This document shows positions 23,983 through 35,345 of a stretch of DNA of 64,000 nt, in pieces; positions within the stretch are counted from its first letter, which is position 1; the number at the start of each line of letters is the position of its first letter. Position numbers and translations under genes: made by a program. Location of the stretch: assembly GCF_006345805.1 (NCBI RefSeq), contig NC_043004.1, positions 72,664,001 through 72,728,000 on the forward strand. The letters are read 5' to 3'. The notes under the pieces were generated by a model that searched no databases, was not told the origin of the DNA, and worked only from the letters and a program-made list of their open reading frames with translations. The stretch is from Octopus sinensis (taxonomy: Eukaryota).

Positions 23983-24516
23983 CCAAAAGAGACAACGAGA
24001 AGTAAGGCGACTTACTCATGTGTTCATTTTCGAACAGTCTGAGATGACCTTGGTCTTTTTTGTAGGTTTTTCTTTCCAAGGCTACACCTAAACTGTGAAC
24101 TTTATATATATATATTGCTTTTTTATACACCACACAACCCACAGATCCCTATTGATCAAACGTTTTTTTTTTGTGCCCCACCCATCCCACCTCGAAAAGA
24201 AAGAATTCTACGTTGTATTTCGTCCATTTTTATTCCGTGTTTAGCCCCGTGTGGCCATAATAAAAAGTTATCTATCTACCTATCTATCTACCTGTCTATC
24301 AATCTGTCTATCTATGTATCTATATATATATATCTATTTATCTACCTACCTACCTATCTATCTACACACACACAATTTTAGGTTTTGAACCAGTAAATCG
24401 TTGGATGATACCATCCCTTAATGAGGTTAAGTTGCCCTCTAATAGAATATACATACATATATACATACATACATGCATATATATATATATACATATATAT
24501 ATATAATATATATATG

Positions 24517-24997
<481 letters not shown>

Positions 24998-25002
24998 TGT
25001 AT

Positions 25003-25577
25003 ATATCACCTTGATCACCTTGACCGACCAGTCCGTCGGGCGTCCACTTGACACCGCTGGTCACAGCACGCTGTCCACTCCTCTCTGGATCGCACCTTTC
25101 TTATCCACGTGATCCCAATCTTCCTCCTGAAATCGTAACTCCACCGTTGTGGCGGCCTTCCGAGTGGTCGTTTCCACTCGCGCGTGTACAATTTGACAAC
25201 TGCGTGCGTCCAACGATTATCGGTGAGCCAGGCGACGTGTCCAGCCCCTCTAAACTTGCTGCGTGTATACTCTGCGATGATATCCCTCACGCAGGACTTC
25301 GTTCTGATGATGTCGCTACTGATGTGCTCTCTCAACGAGATACCAAGCATTGACCTTTCCATGGCTCTTTGAGCCGTTACCAGTCTCTGCTCTTCTCTCT
25401 TTGTGGTAGCCCATGTTTCACTACCATACGACATTGCATATAGAACTGTACTGTTGATGAGGTTGGCGCGGGTGGTCCTGTCCAACCTTCCATTGAGCAC
25501 ATCCCTTATGCCATTATACGCCTTCCATCCGGCCCTTACTCTCCGTGAGATCTCCTTTTCGATGGGACAGGAAGTGA

Positions 25578-25578
<1 letters not shown>
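25003..25578 (-). mobile_element. 5'-truncated RTE-clade LINE 3' end
   Basis: EISRRVRAGWKA, YGSETW, AGHVA and RPLGRPPQRW motifs; (TCAAGGTGA) tail. Confidence 0.9.
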
Positions 25579-25609
<31 letters not shown>

Positions 25610-25720
25610 TGCAAGTTTAGCAAACTTAATGGCGGTGCCCCAACATAGCCTCACTCCTTAGGATGAAAAATAAAAGAACTATTAAAAAAATGAATTAATT
25701 ATGGAATGACCTAGTGTGTG

Positions 25721-25752
<32 letters not shown>

Positions 25753-25952
25753 ATATATTATTGAAATGGATAAATGAATTATCTTGTTACGGATTATTCA
25801 AAAGATAACCGATACCTGGGTAGCAAAAATCACGGTTGAGGTTACGACCATGGGGTCTCAAACCCGTGCCTTAGTGCGGAAATTTGAAGTTTATATATTT
25901 AGTGTAGGAAGAAATGGAGCTGAACGAAGATTTAACAAAATTCCTTTTTATT

Positions 25953-26038
25953 ATTTTCTACATATGTTTCAAAGGCTGCAAAGTCCCTAATTCGGATTGA
26001 ATAAGGAGACCATTTTGCAGCCTTCTCTTCAGGAAAAT
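25953..26038 (-). ncRNA. Type I hammerhead ribozyme (CUGAAGA core, palindromic stem III ACAUAUGU, GUA cleavage between 25959 and 25958)
   Basis: rc: attttc-CTGAAGA-G-AAGGCTGCAAA...TTTGCAGCCTT-T-GAAA-CATATG-TA|gaaaat; 6-bp stem I, 11-bp perfect stem II. Confidence 0.85.
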
Positions 26039-26274
26039 CCAGGAACTTAATTCTCCATCAAAATGCACATCAAACTTTTCGACAAACGCTCGCGAGGAGC
26101 CCATGGGATAAATGGCACAAAACTGTCTCTCAATATGCGTTGACGCCAGGCTGGGTGAAAGCCGACGAAAATGTCCGTTGAGATAAATCAAGGTCAAAAT
26201 CCGGCTAACAGGGGCGAGAAAATAATAAAAAGGAATTTTGTTAAATCTTCGTTCAGCTCCATTTCTTCCTACAC

Positions 26275-26352
<78 letters not shown>

Positions 26353-26464
26353 TATATGTATATATGTATATGTCTATGTATATATGTATGTATGTATGTA
26401 TGTTTGTATGTATGTATGTATGTATGTATGTATGTATGTATGTATGTATGTATGTATGTATGTA

Positions 26465-27525
26465 TGGCGGGACCCATTCCTGTAGAGAATGGTGTCAAGC
26501 AATCCTTGCCCCAATTCTCTTTTCTTTGTACTTTGCTGCTGCTTTTATTCATGCTTTTGCTAAGGTTAGCTCTCTGGGAATATATGTCAGATATCGATTT
26601 GCTGGAGCTTAGTGTCATCGGCAAAAATTTTCCCTTTGCAGTAATGTACGACACTGGAAAGGTCGTTTATGTAAATTATGAAGAGGAGCGGACCCAAGAC
26701 AGTCCCCTGGGGGACACCGCTGGTGACTTTTGCTGGGCTTGAGTGGACTCCATCAATTACAACATGTTGTGTTCTATTCGCCAGGAAATACTTAATCCAG
26801 TGTAGAACTTTTCCACGGATTCCAACATTTGCCAATTTTCAGAGTAGGATATTATGGTGTACCCTGTCGAACGCTTTACTGAAGTCAAGATATATGACGT
26901 CAGAGTTCGAACCTGTTCCCAAGGCTTTGAGTACATCTTCAATGTGGTGTAAGAGCTGTGTTAGACAGTCCCTGCCACAGCGAAAGCCATGCTGATTTGC
27001 ATTTAGGAGTTTGTGGGTCTCCAGGAAGTCAGCTATCCTTGATCTTAACACTCTTTCAAACACTTTAATGATGTGGGAGGTGAGTGAGATTGGGCGATAG
27101 TTAACTGCGAGGGATCTGTTTCCATGTTTGAAAACCGGGATGACTGACTGGGATAGAAACTGTTTCGGTATATAACCTGCGTCTAACGAATTTCTCCAGA
27201 GGTTGGTCAGAGGGACTGCAAGTTGGTGTCTACATTCCTTCAGGAGACTAGCAGGGAATCTATCAGGGCCTACAGCAGAGTAGTATTTGACCTCATTTAT
27301 TGCTGCTATGATGTCAGTGGCAGTGAAGGTTATGTCTGAGATTTTATGTTGGGAGTCAACTTCGTTCGCTTCTCTTACGTCAATATCAGTGGGAACACTA
27401 AAGACAGAGCAGTATTGTTTCTGCAGTATTTCTGCCATTTCTTTAGCATCGTGTTGGGGAATGCCGTTATCATCAATCAATGGCCTAATGGGTGAGACAG
27501 TGGTTCTATGCTTATTTGCATAAGA
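26465..27525 (-). mobile_element. CR1-like LINE RT fragment
   Basis: NYRPISLTSH, YLDFSKAFDRV, SGVPQGTVLGPLLF and FADD motifs. Confidence 0.9.
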
Positions 27526-27658
27526 ATATGTTACAATTACTCAATAGTCAAGATAAAACTCTGAGTGGAAATCCACAACACCATCTGGCCATCTGAAAAG
27601 CGCTATGAAAAAATACTGTTTGAGGTCTTTTCTTTCTTTTGTTAACTTACCGTTTTTA

Positions 27659-27750
<92 letters not shown>

Positions 27751-27953
27751 ATCATTTAGTTTTGCAAGTTTCCTAATGTGAGATATGTTGTATTTCCTGC
27801 TACTCCATGGACGTTGGCCAATAAAACCAGCAACACACATTTAACAATAAAGGGTGTCACGAAATGCAAAAACATTTTAATGGTTTCATTTAACTGACAC
27901 GCGTAGGCCTCTCTCTTTCTCTCTCACTCTCTCTCTCTCTCTCTCTCTCTTTG

Positions 27954-27997
<44 letters not shown>

Positions 27998-28182
27998 AAG
28001 AAAGAGAGAGGGGGGTTATGAGAAGTAATGGTGTCAATAAGACCCAAAGGTGTCAGGTAATACTGAGTAAGTGCTATAGATAGACCATAGTTAAATTCCA
28101 GGTTCGGTGATTATGCGTATAAGGAGTCCAACGTAGGTCATATATCAGTATGTGTATATATAATTTTTTTTCAGAATGAGAC

Positions 28183-28261
28183 AAAAATCCAAGGCTGTGA
28201 AGATTTTAGAACATTTATAGATATTAATAAATGTCCTAAAATGTTCACAGCCTTTGTTTTT
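28183..28261. other. Isolated ~35-bp imperfect hairpin with an 8-nt loop (pri-miRNA-like geometry)
   Basis: aaggctgtgaa-g-attttag-a-acatttat [agatatta] ataaatgt-c-ctaaaat-g-ttcacagcctt. Confidence 0.5.
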
Positions 28262-28290
28262 AATCTTATTCTCAAAATACTATAAATATT

Positions 28291-28341
<51 letters not shown>

Positions 28342-28451
28342 ATATATATATATGTACATACATATTTATACACACACACATATATATATATATATATTAT
28401 ATATACACACACATATACATATATATATATACATATATATATATACATGTA

Positions 28452-28504
<53 letters not shown>

Positions 28505-28610
28505 GTATATATAACGGGAAGCTTTATGAAAATAAACAAAAGACGAAGGCAGGTGGAGTACAAATAAACAATTGTATTAGTATGGCGCTCAGGAATATAA
28601 ATAAAACAAG

Positions 28611-28648
28611 TCTTTTACGTTTCGAGCCTACGCTCTTCAACAGAAAGA
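28611..28648 (-). ncRNA. Minimal hammerhead variant (CUGUUGA core, ACGU stem III, GUA cleavage)
   Basis: rc: tcttt-CTGTTGA-A-GAGC-gtag-GCTC-GAAA-CG-TA|aaaga. Confidence 0.65.
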
Positions 28649-28793
28649 TACACAGAAAAGAAACACGGAGAGAAACAAGATGAGAAAAAACATGCGTGCA
28701 GAAGCTAGCGATTCAACATGGTGAACTGATTCAGGACTTAGTGCTTGCTTTTTCCATGGGTATGAGTAAGTATTTCATTTATATCTCACGTAT

Positions 28794-28854
28794 TTATCGC
28801 TGAAGAGGGGAAAATTCTTATGAATTAACCCCGAAATTGGACCAATACGGTAAT
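28794..28854 (+). ncRNA. Type I hammerhead ribozyme (CUGAAGA core, stem III AUUGG-A-CCAAU, AUA cleavage after 28848)
   Basis: ttatcg-CTGAAGA-GGGG..aattc-ttat-gaatt..CCCC-GAAA-TTGGACCAA-TA|cggtaa. Confidence 0.82.
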
Positions 28855-29096
28855 AACGGATTTCTTTAGAAATTTCTATCGGTTTGTTTCGAGACGCATA
28901 AATTATAATGGTTAGTGACAATTTTGTCTTTTTTCGGCATATTTGGCATTAGAATTTTTCTTTTGCCCTTATTTTGTAAATTATTTATTAATTTAACATT
29001 TAAAGGTATTTTTTGATATGCTGGACATTGATAAAAAATTTTTCTCGAAAAAGTTTTATCCTACATTAGTTTTATATATATATATATTTATATATA

Positions 29097-29463
29097 TAAT
29101 TTAATAACTAAAATATATGCATACATACATACATATATGTACGTACCTACATCTACATATATCTCGTTCGATTTATATAATATATATGAGTACAGGACAC
29201 CACAAATAAACAGAACTCAACGAGAAGCGAAAACATAAAAACAAACTAGGAAACAGACTTTTTTAACAACGAAAAAACAGAGTACAAGACAATACCTTCG
29301 AAACACGCATTGAGTCGAACCAGGGACAGCTGATGACGGGGACTGTTCCTTGTATTGTTTGTCTTGTACTCTGTTTTTTCGTTGTTAAAAAAAGTCCGTT
29401 TCCTAGTTTGTTTTTATGTTTTTGTTTCTCGTTGAGTTCTACGTTTATTTGTGGTGTCCTGTA

Positions 29464-29507
<44 letters not shown>

Positions 29508-29586
29508 ATAGGCATGTATATATATATGTAGATGTAGGTACGTACATATATGTATGTATGTATGCATATATTTTATTTATTAAATT
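29097..29586. repeat. Fold-back palindrome (~200-bp arms interrupted by (TA)n) of a non-coding repeat family
   Basis: Arms ~29097-29292 and ~29359-29586; family also at ~30340-30680, ~31565-31900 (inverted) and ~34150-34620. Confidence 0.8.
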
Positions 29587-29863
29587 ATTGTATGACTGAG
29601 CGCCCTCGCGTCGTTTCGTTTCTTTTCTTTTCTCCAAGTAAGTTTATATATATATATATATATAATATTAGTGAGTATAACTCCAAACTTACAGGGAAAA
29701 ATTCAATTTAGTATTAATATCATAACCTGGAAAAAAAACATGATTTATTCATTTTTTGTACTTTTTGTGATCTAGTTATATATTTTATAATATATTTTAT
29801 TTTTTCTTTATGATTTAGTTAATGCTTTTCATTGTTTGAATTACTAATTCATATATATATATC

Positions 29864-29916
<53 letters not shown>

Positions 29917-30688
29917 TTATATATTTATATATATATGCGCACTCTTGACCTTTCTGTTCCCTCCCTTTCTCAAACTTCATTCTTTCTGGTTTCCTTTTCT
30001 TCTAACTTACTGTCTCTCCCTCTCCCTCTCTCTCTCTCTCTCTAATTCTTTCTGGTTTCTTCACAACCATTCCCTTTTTTCTCTCCCTTTCTCTTGCTCC
30101 TCATCCTTCCTCCCGTTGTTGACCCGCGACGAGAGCTCTGCTACTGCCTTTCTGGCCTGGCGTCCTTGAAGTGTAGAAGGCATTTTCTGTTGCTCTTTCG
30201 CCGTTCTCAAAAATAGCGTTCGTAACACTATCTCGTTCGATTTAACAGCCCTTCTTGTCTTGTTATTCTCCTTGTCCTGTCTTTTACTGTTTATATGTTG
30301 TACTGTCGTTACTATCCTGTTTTTGTTACCATTTTTACCCCTCCGCAAAAAGATCTCAAATTTTATTTAATTTGCTTTTCGCGGGAAGGAAAGTTTCTAT
30401 CGAAGATGTGTATCACCTTCACCTTCGAAACCCAGAGTAGATGAAACCATGGCGACTGAAGAAGGGGAATTTTCCTTGTGTTATTTGTCCTGTACTCTAT
30501 TTTTTCGTTGTTTAAGAAAAATGTCCAGGTCCTTGGTTTTGTGTTTATGTTTTCGTTTCTCATTGTGTTCGACGTTTTTTTTTTGGTGTCCTATACCCAT
30601 ATATGCATGTGTATATACATGTGTATATACATGTAGAAGTAGGTACGTACATATATGTATGTATATATGCATGTTTTATTTATTAATT

Positions 30689-30751
<63 letters not shown>

Positions 30752-31428
30752 ATCGCTCAACTACGGTAGTAGTTGAATAATATACTTAAGGCTACAATTT
30801 ACTCACATGCAGCATGTTTTAGAGTTTGTCGCTAATTCAGTTCTTTACCAAATTGGAAACTCTTGACATTTTTGAAGAAGACTGTTCCCTAGCTACATTT
30901 TGACATAACAAAATTTAAGATTTAGTCCAGTAGAAGAAGTTTCCTTCAACATTTGTAGCAACATTATAGGAGAGTAAGTAACGCCTCAATCAAGTTTTAA
31001 TCTAAATAGCTTTTTCATTTTAAAAGCAAAATATATTTCTCTTAACTTCAAGGAGAGAAGAAAGCTTGGGCTATGCCAAAGTTTTGGACGCATGCAACAA
31101 ATGTCTGCATCGAAAAAGTTGTGAGGTAAAATATTATGAACAAAATATAAGGTACAAAATTGGATTTTAATTAAGCATAAATGATAGAGCTCAATTCGAG
31201 GAATTTCATGGTATCAATTTCATGCAATGAAGTTATAAAAGAAAACAGTTATGAGTGCTTGTTTCTCAAATTTGAGTGTAATAATATAGTTCTATACATT
31301 CTTGTGAATATAGTTCTATAAGGGACTTTTGATATGCCACCGGCGACATTGAGGCAAAGAAAAAATTCGCCATGATAGATCGCTAGCCCCTACACACATT
31401 TTTTCTCTCCTTGTTTCTTTCTGTGTTC

Positions 31429-31465
31429 CTTTCTGTGGAAGAGCGTAGGGCTCGAAACGTTAAAT
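31429..31465 (+). ncRNA. Minimal hammerhead variant (CUGUGGA core, ACGU stem III), same family as 28611-28648
   Basis: cttt-CTGTGGA-A-GAGC-gtagg-GCTC-GAAA-CG-TT|aaat. Confidence 0.55.
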
Positions 31466-32059
31466 ACTTTTTCAGTTCCCGAGCGTTATACTAATACATC
31501 TGTTTGTTTTCTACACCACCTGTCTTCATCTTTTATTTTTTTTTCGTGAAATCTTCCTGTATATATATAATAAATTAATAAATAAATAAAACATATGCAT
31601 ATATACATACATATATGTACGTACCTACCTCTACACGTCGAACACAATGAGAGACGAAAACATAAACATAAAACCAAGGAATTAGACATTTTTCTTAAAC
31701 AACGAAAAAATAGAGTACAGAACAAATAACACAAGGAAAATTCCCCTTCTTCAGTCGCCATGGTTTCATCTACTCCACGTTCCGAAGGTCAAGGCGATAC
31801 ATGACTTTAATGAAACAATCCTTCCCACGAAAATCAAATTAAATAAAATTTGAGATTTTTTTGCGGAGGGGTGACAGTACAAAATATAAACAGTAAAAGA
31901 CAGAACAAGGAAAATAACAGTGTAGCGTGGCAGTTTCAGCCATTTTGAAATATGACTATAGCGATTTCTAATATCTTCACTATTTGAAAGGCAAGGCAGA
32001 AATGATCTCGTTTGAGGTTACAGCCATCTTTGGCCAACTTGTTCCTGTTGTAAACACTA

Positions 32060-32195
32060 ACCTGATTGGTTGACACGTGACGCGATTTGTCTCCACTTAT
32101 TTTCGCGCCACTGTCCCGAAACAACCAATCACGTCATTTGGTTAAGATTCCATTTCTGAGGCTCGTCTGAGCCACCCAACCGGTATATAAAGGAG
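32060..32195 (+). promoter_or_regulatory. Pol II promoter-like cluster: CCAAT boxes, CACGTG/ACGTCA, E2F-like TTTTCGCGCC, TATATAAA (32184-32191)
   Basis: Motif co-occurrence only; probably the internal promoter of a repeat. Confidence 0.45.
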
Positions 32196-32795
32196 TGTTT
32201 TCAGACACTTTTGGTCTTTGGTTCCAGTTCTTCTAAGAACTAACTTTAGGCAACAGCGCTACTCAACCAAGCGATATACGATTGTTCCTGCTACTACTAG
32301 CTACGACGCTAATGTACACAATCACAGAAAGCCTACTATCTTCGCCGTCTCCACCGTCATGTATCAACTTCAAGTCGCTTCCAACGTCTTCGCCATACGA
32401 ACAGTAAACCAATTTCCATTATATATTCTATGTTCCGTACCCTTCTATGCCAAACGCATTCACTCTGATTGTTCTGTCACACACACGAACACACAGACAC
32501 AAACACGTGTTGCATGCGCACACACGTGTTAACGCTTACGAATTCCTAACATTGACACGGTTGTAAAATAAATAATATTTATCTCTCCACAGCAAGACCT
32601 GTCGTCGATTCACTTATGTTCTGTTGTTACTGCATGTATTCATGGCTTGTAATAATTCGTTAAGAATAGAACCACGTACGTTCATATTTCTTACAACAGT
32701 AACACAAACAAGAAGGGCTGTTAAGCCGAACGAGATAACATTTTTAACGAACGCTATATTTTGAGAACGGCGGGGGAGCAACAGATGTGCCGTCA

Positions 32796-32827
<32 letters not shown>

Positions 32828-32928
32828 AAAGGGTAAAATTAATTAATTAACTATTAATTAATAATTCCACCATAGTAGTATTCGGCATGTTAAAAGGACC
32901 ATTTTTCGGTAAACTTAAACAATATTTT

Positions 32929-33133
32929 ATAATTATAATTAAGGTTCAGCAAAAATTTGCTTCATCACATACCGAAGTTTAGAAATAGCAGCCAAAGAAC
33001 CTTAGTTTTTTCTTCTACTGTTGTCAGGGAGTTTCTTCTTATAACAGAAGAAATAGCTAAGGTTCTTTGGCTGCTTTTTCTAAAGTTCAGTATGTGGGGA
33101 AGCAAATTTTTGCTGAACCCTAATTATAATTAT
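32929..33133. repeat. Fold-back (~85-bp arms) of a repeat family that lies downstream of the hammerhead at 54538-54598
   Basis: ggttcagcaaaaatttgc...cttag versus ctaagg...gcaaatttttgctgaacc; family also at 43855-43947/45555-45600 and 54330-54450. Confidence 0.8.
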
Positions 33134-33142
33134 AATCATAAT

Positions 33143-33226
<84 letters not shown>

Positions 33227-33657
33227 ATAAGGGTGAAAAGGAACACACGAGTTGATATATATGAAAAAACAAGTCAAAATAGAAAATGCTATACATTCCC
33301 ATGTATCAATACTTTGACATAGACCTTGAAAATGTTCTGCTATGAGGGAGTTGATTAAAATTGGTAAATATATATACATACATACATATATATATATAAT
33401 TATTTTAGCATATTCTATTTTTGACTTGTTTTTTCATATATATATATATATATATACATATATATGCATGAGTATCAATGCGTTTCGCACGTGTACTGAT
33501 GTGCAATATATTGTTGTAGTTCGAGATGGTCGTGTTACACCATAGGCGTTGGCCAATAAAACCACCAACTTAAATTTAACAACAAAAGGTGTTCGGTTTT
33601 ATTAGTCACGAACTGCACAACGATCTTAATGCTTTCATATAATTGACACACGTAGAC

Positions 33658-33698
<41 letters not shown>

Positions 33699-33730
33699 AT
33701 ATATATATTATATATTATATATAATATATA

Positions 33731-34106
33731 TAGCTTGTTTACCAACCACATGGTTCGGGTTCAGTCCCACTGCGTGGCAGCTTGGGCAAGTGTCTTCTAC
33801 TATAGCCTCGGGCCGACCAAAGCTTTGTGACTGGATTTGGTAGACGGAAACTGAAAGAAGCCCGTCGTATATATGTATATATATGCGCGTATGTGTTTGT
33901 GTGTTTGTGTTTGTCCCACTAGCATTGCTTGACAAGCAATGCTGGTGTGTTTATGTCCCCATTACTTAGCAGTTCGGCAAAAGAGACCGATAGAATAAGT
34001 ACTGGGCTTACGAAAGAATAAGACCCGGGGTCGAGTTCCTCGATTAAAGGCGGTGCTCCAGCATGGCCGCAGTCAAATGACTGAAACAAGTAAAAGAGTA
34101 AAGGAG
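33731..34106 (+). mobile_element. SINE family A
   Basis: Consensus match. Confidence 0.88.
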
Positions 34107-34981
34107 TATATATATATAAACCAGCTTAGAGAAGAAGAAGAAACGAATCGAATCGAATCGACGCGAAGGCGCTCAGTCATACAATAGTGTAATAAATAAA
34201 ATATATGCATACATACAAACATATATGTACGTACCTACATCTACATGTATATATACATGTATATATAAATATATATACGTGTGTACAGGACACCACAAAT
34301 AGACTTAGAACTCAACGAGAAACGAAAACGTAAAAACAGCATGGAACGGACCATTCCTTTAACAACGAAAAAACAGAGTACAAGACAACTACACAAGGAA
34401 AAATCCCCTTCATCAGCCGTCCCTAGTTCAACTCCAGCGTGTTTCGAAGGTGAGGACAGAACACGTCTCGTCGAACTAGTCCTTCCTGCGAAAGAATTAA
34501 ATAAAATTCCTTTGCAGAGGGGTAAAAACAAGGAAAAAAATTGTGACAAAAACAGGACGTAAAAAGAATACAATTAAAAACAAATACAAAATAAAAATAC
34601 AATTACAAGAAATACAGTACAAGAAGGAATAGAAACAGGACAGGAAAACAAATAAAGAGGGCCTATAAGCCTAGACGAGGAAAAAAGTTTTTTCACGAAC
34701 GCAGGAAGAATCATGTTTACTTGAATAAGGCCGCCGGCGAAAGGAAGTTCGTAGACACGGCTGTGAGAGAGATGAGGAGGAGTGAGAGGGAGAGAGAGAG
34801 AGGTCTACGTGTGTCAAATATATGATCTTCGGGTTTACGTGAAATATTTTATATAATATATATAAATAAATAAATGGAGTTAAACGCAGGTGATATTCAA
34901 ATTCTTTTACCTCCGACACATGATTCGAAGTTATCACTTTTATTTTATTCCCAAGGAATAAAATAAAAGGAATAATATATA

Positions 34982-35040
<59 letters not shown>

Positions 35041-35345
35041 CTCTGTTGAACTAGACGGACATGTTCTTATCTCTCTCTCCCAAGTCAGTAGCAAGCCACA
35101 CAGCTTCAAAACCTGACTGACCTTACATATATATATATTTGTAACCACGTGTTTGCCTACAAATCCGTAAGTACGTTTTTTATTTAACTACAAATTGTTA
35201 TATACACTTGATTTTCTTTTAATATCTTCAAACAACCAAATAATCAAAAACTCACACCCTTAAGAGAGAACATTTATATATATATACACTTCTTTAACTC
35301 ACAAGAAAGAATATATATATATCAAAAATCAAAAGAAAAACAAAC

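Larger units (their letters stand above)
18573..24268 (+). mobile_element. Near full-length Tx1/L1-like LINE inserted in a (TATC)n microsatellite
   Basis: 5'UTR, gag-like ORF1, APE-RT-zf ORF2, 3'UTR ending ataataaaaag; (TATC)n on both sides. Confidence 0.9.

Noticed and set aside
28176-28285. Acceptor followed by a frame containing IDINKCP (EGF-like echo)
   Set aside because: Lacks the cysteine pattern and a donor, and lies downstream of the EGF gene's stop; the sequence is better explained by the hairpin.
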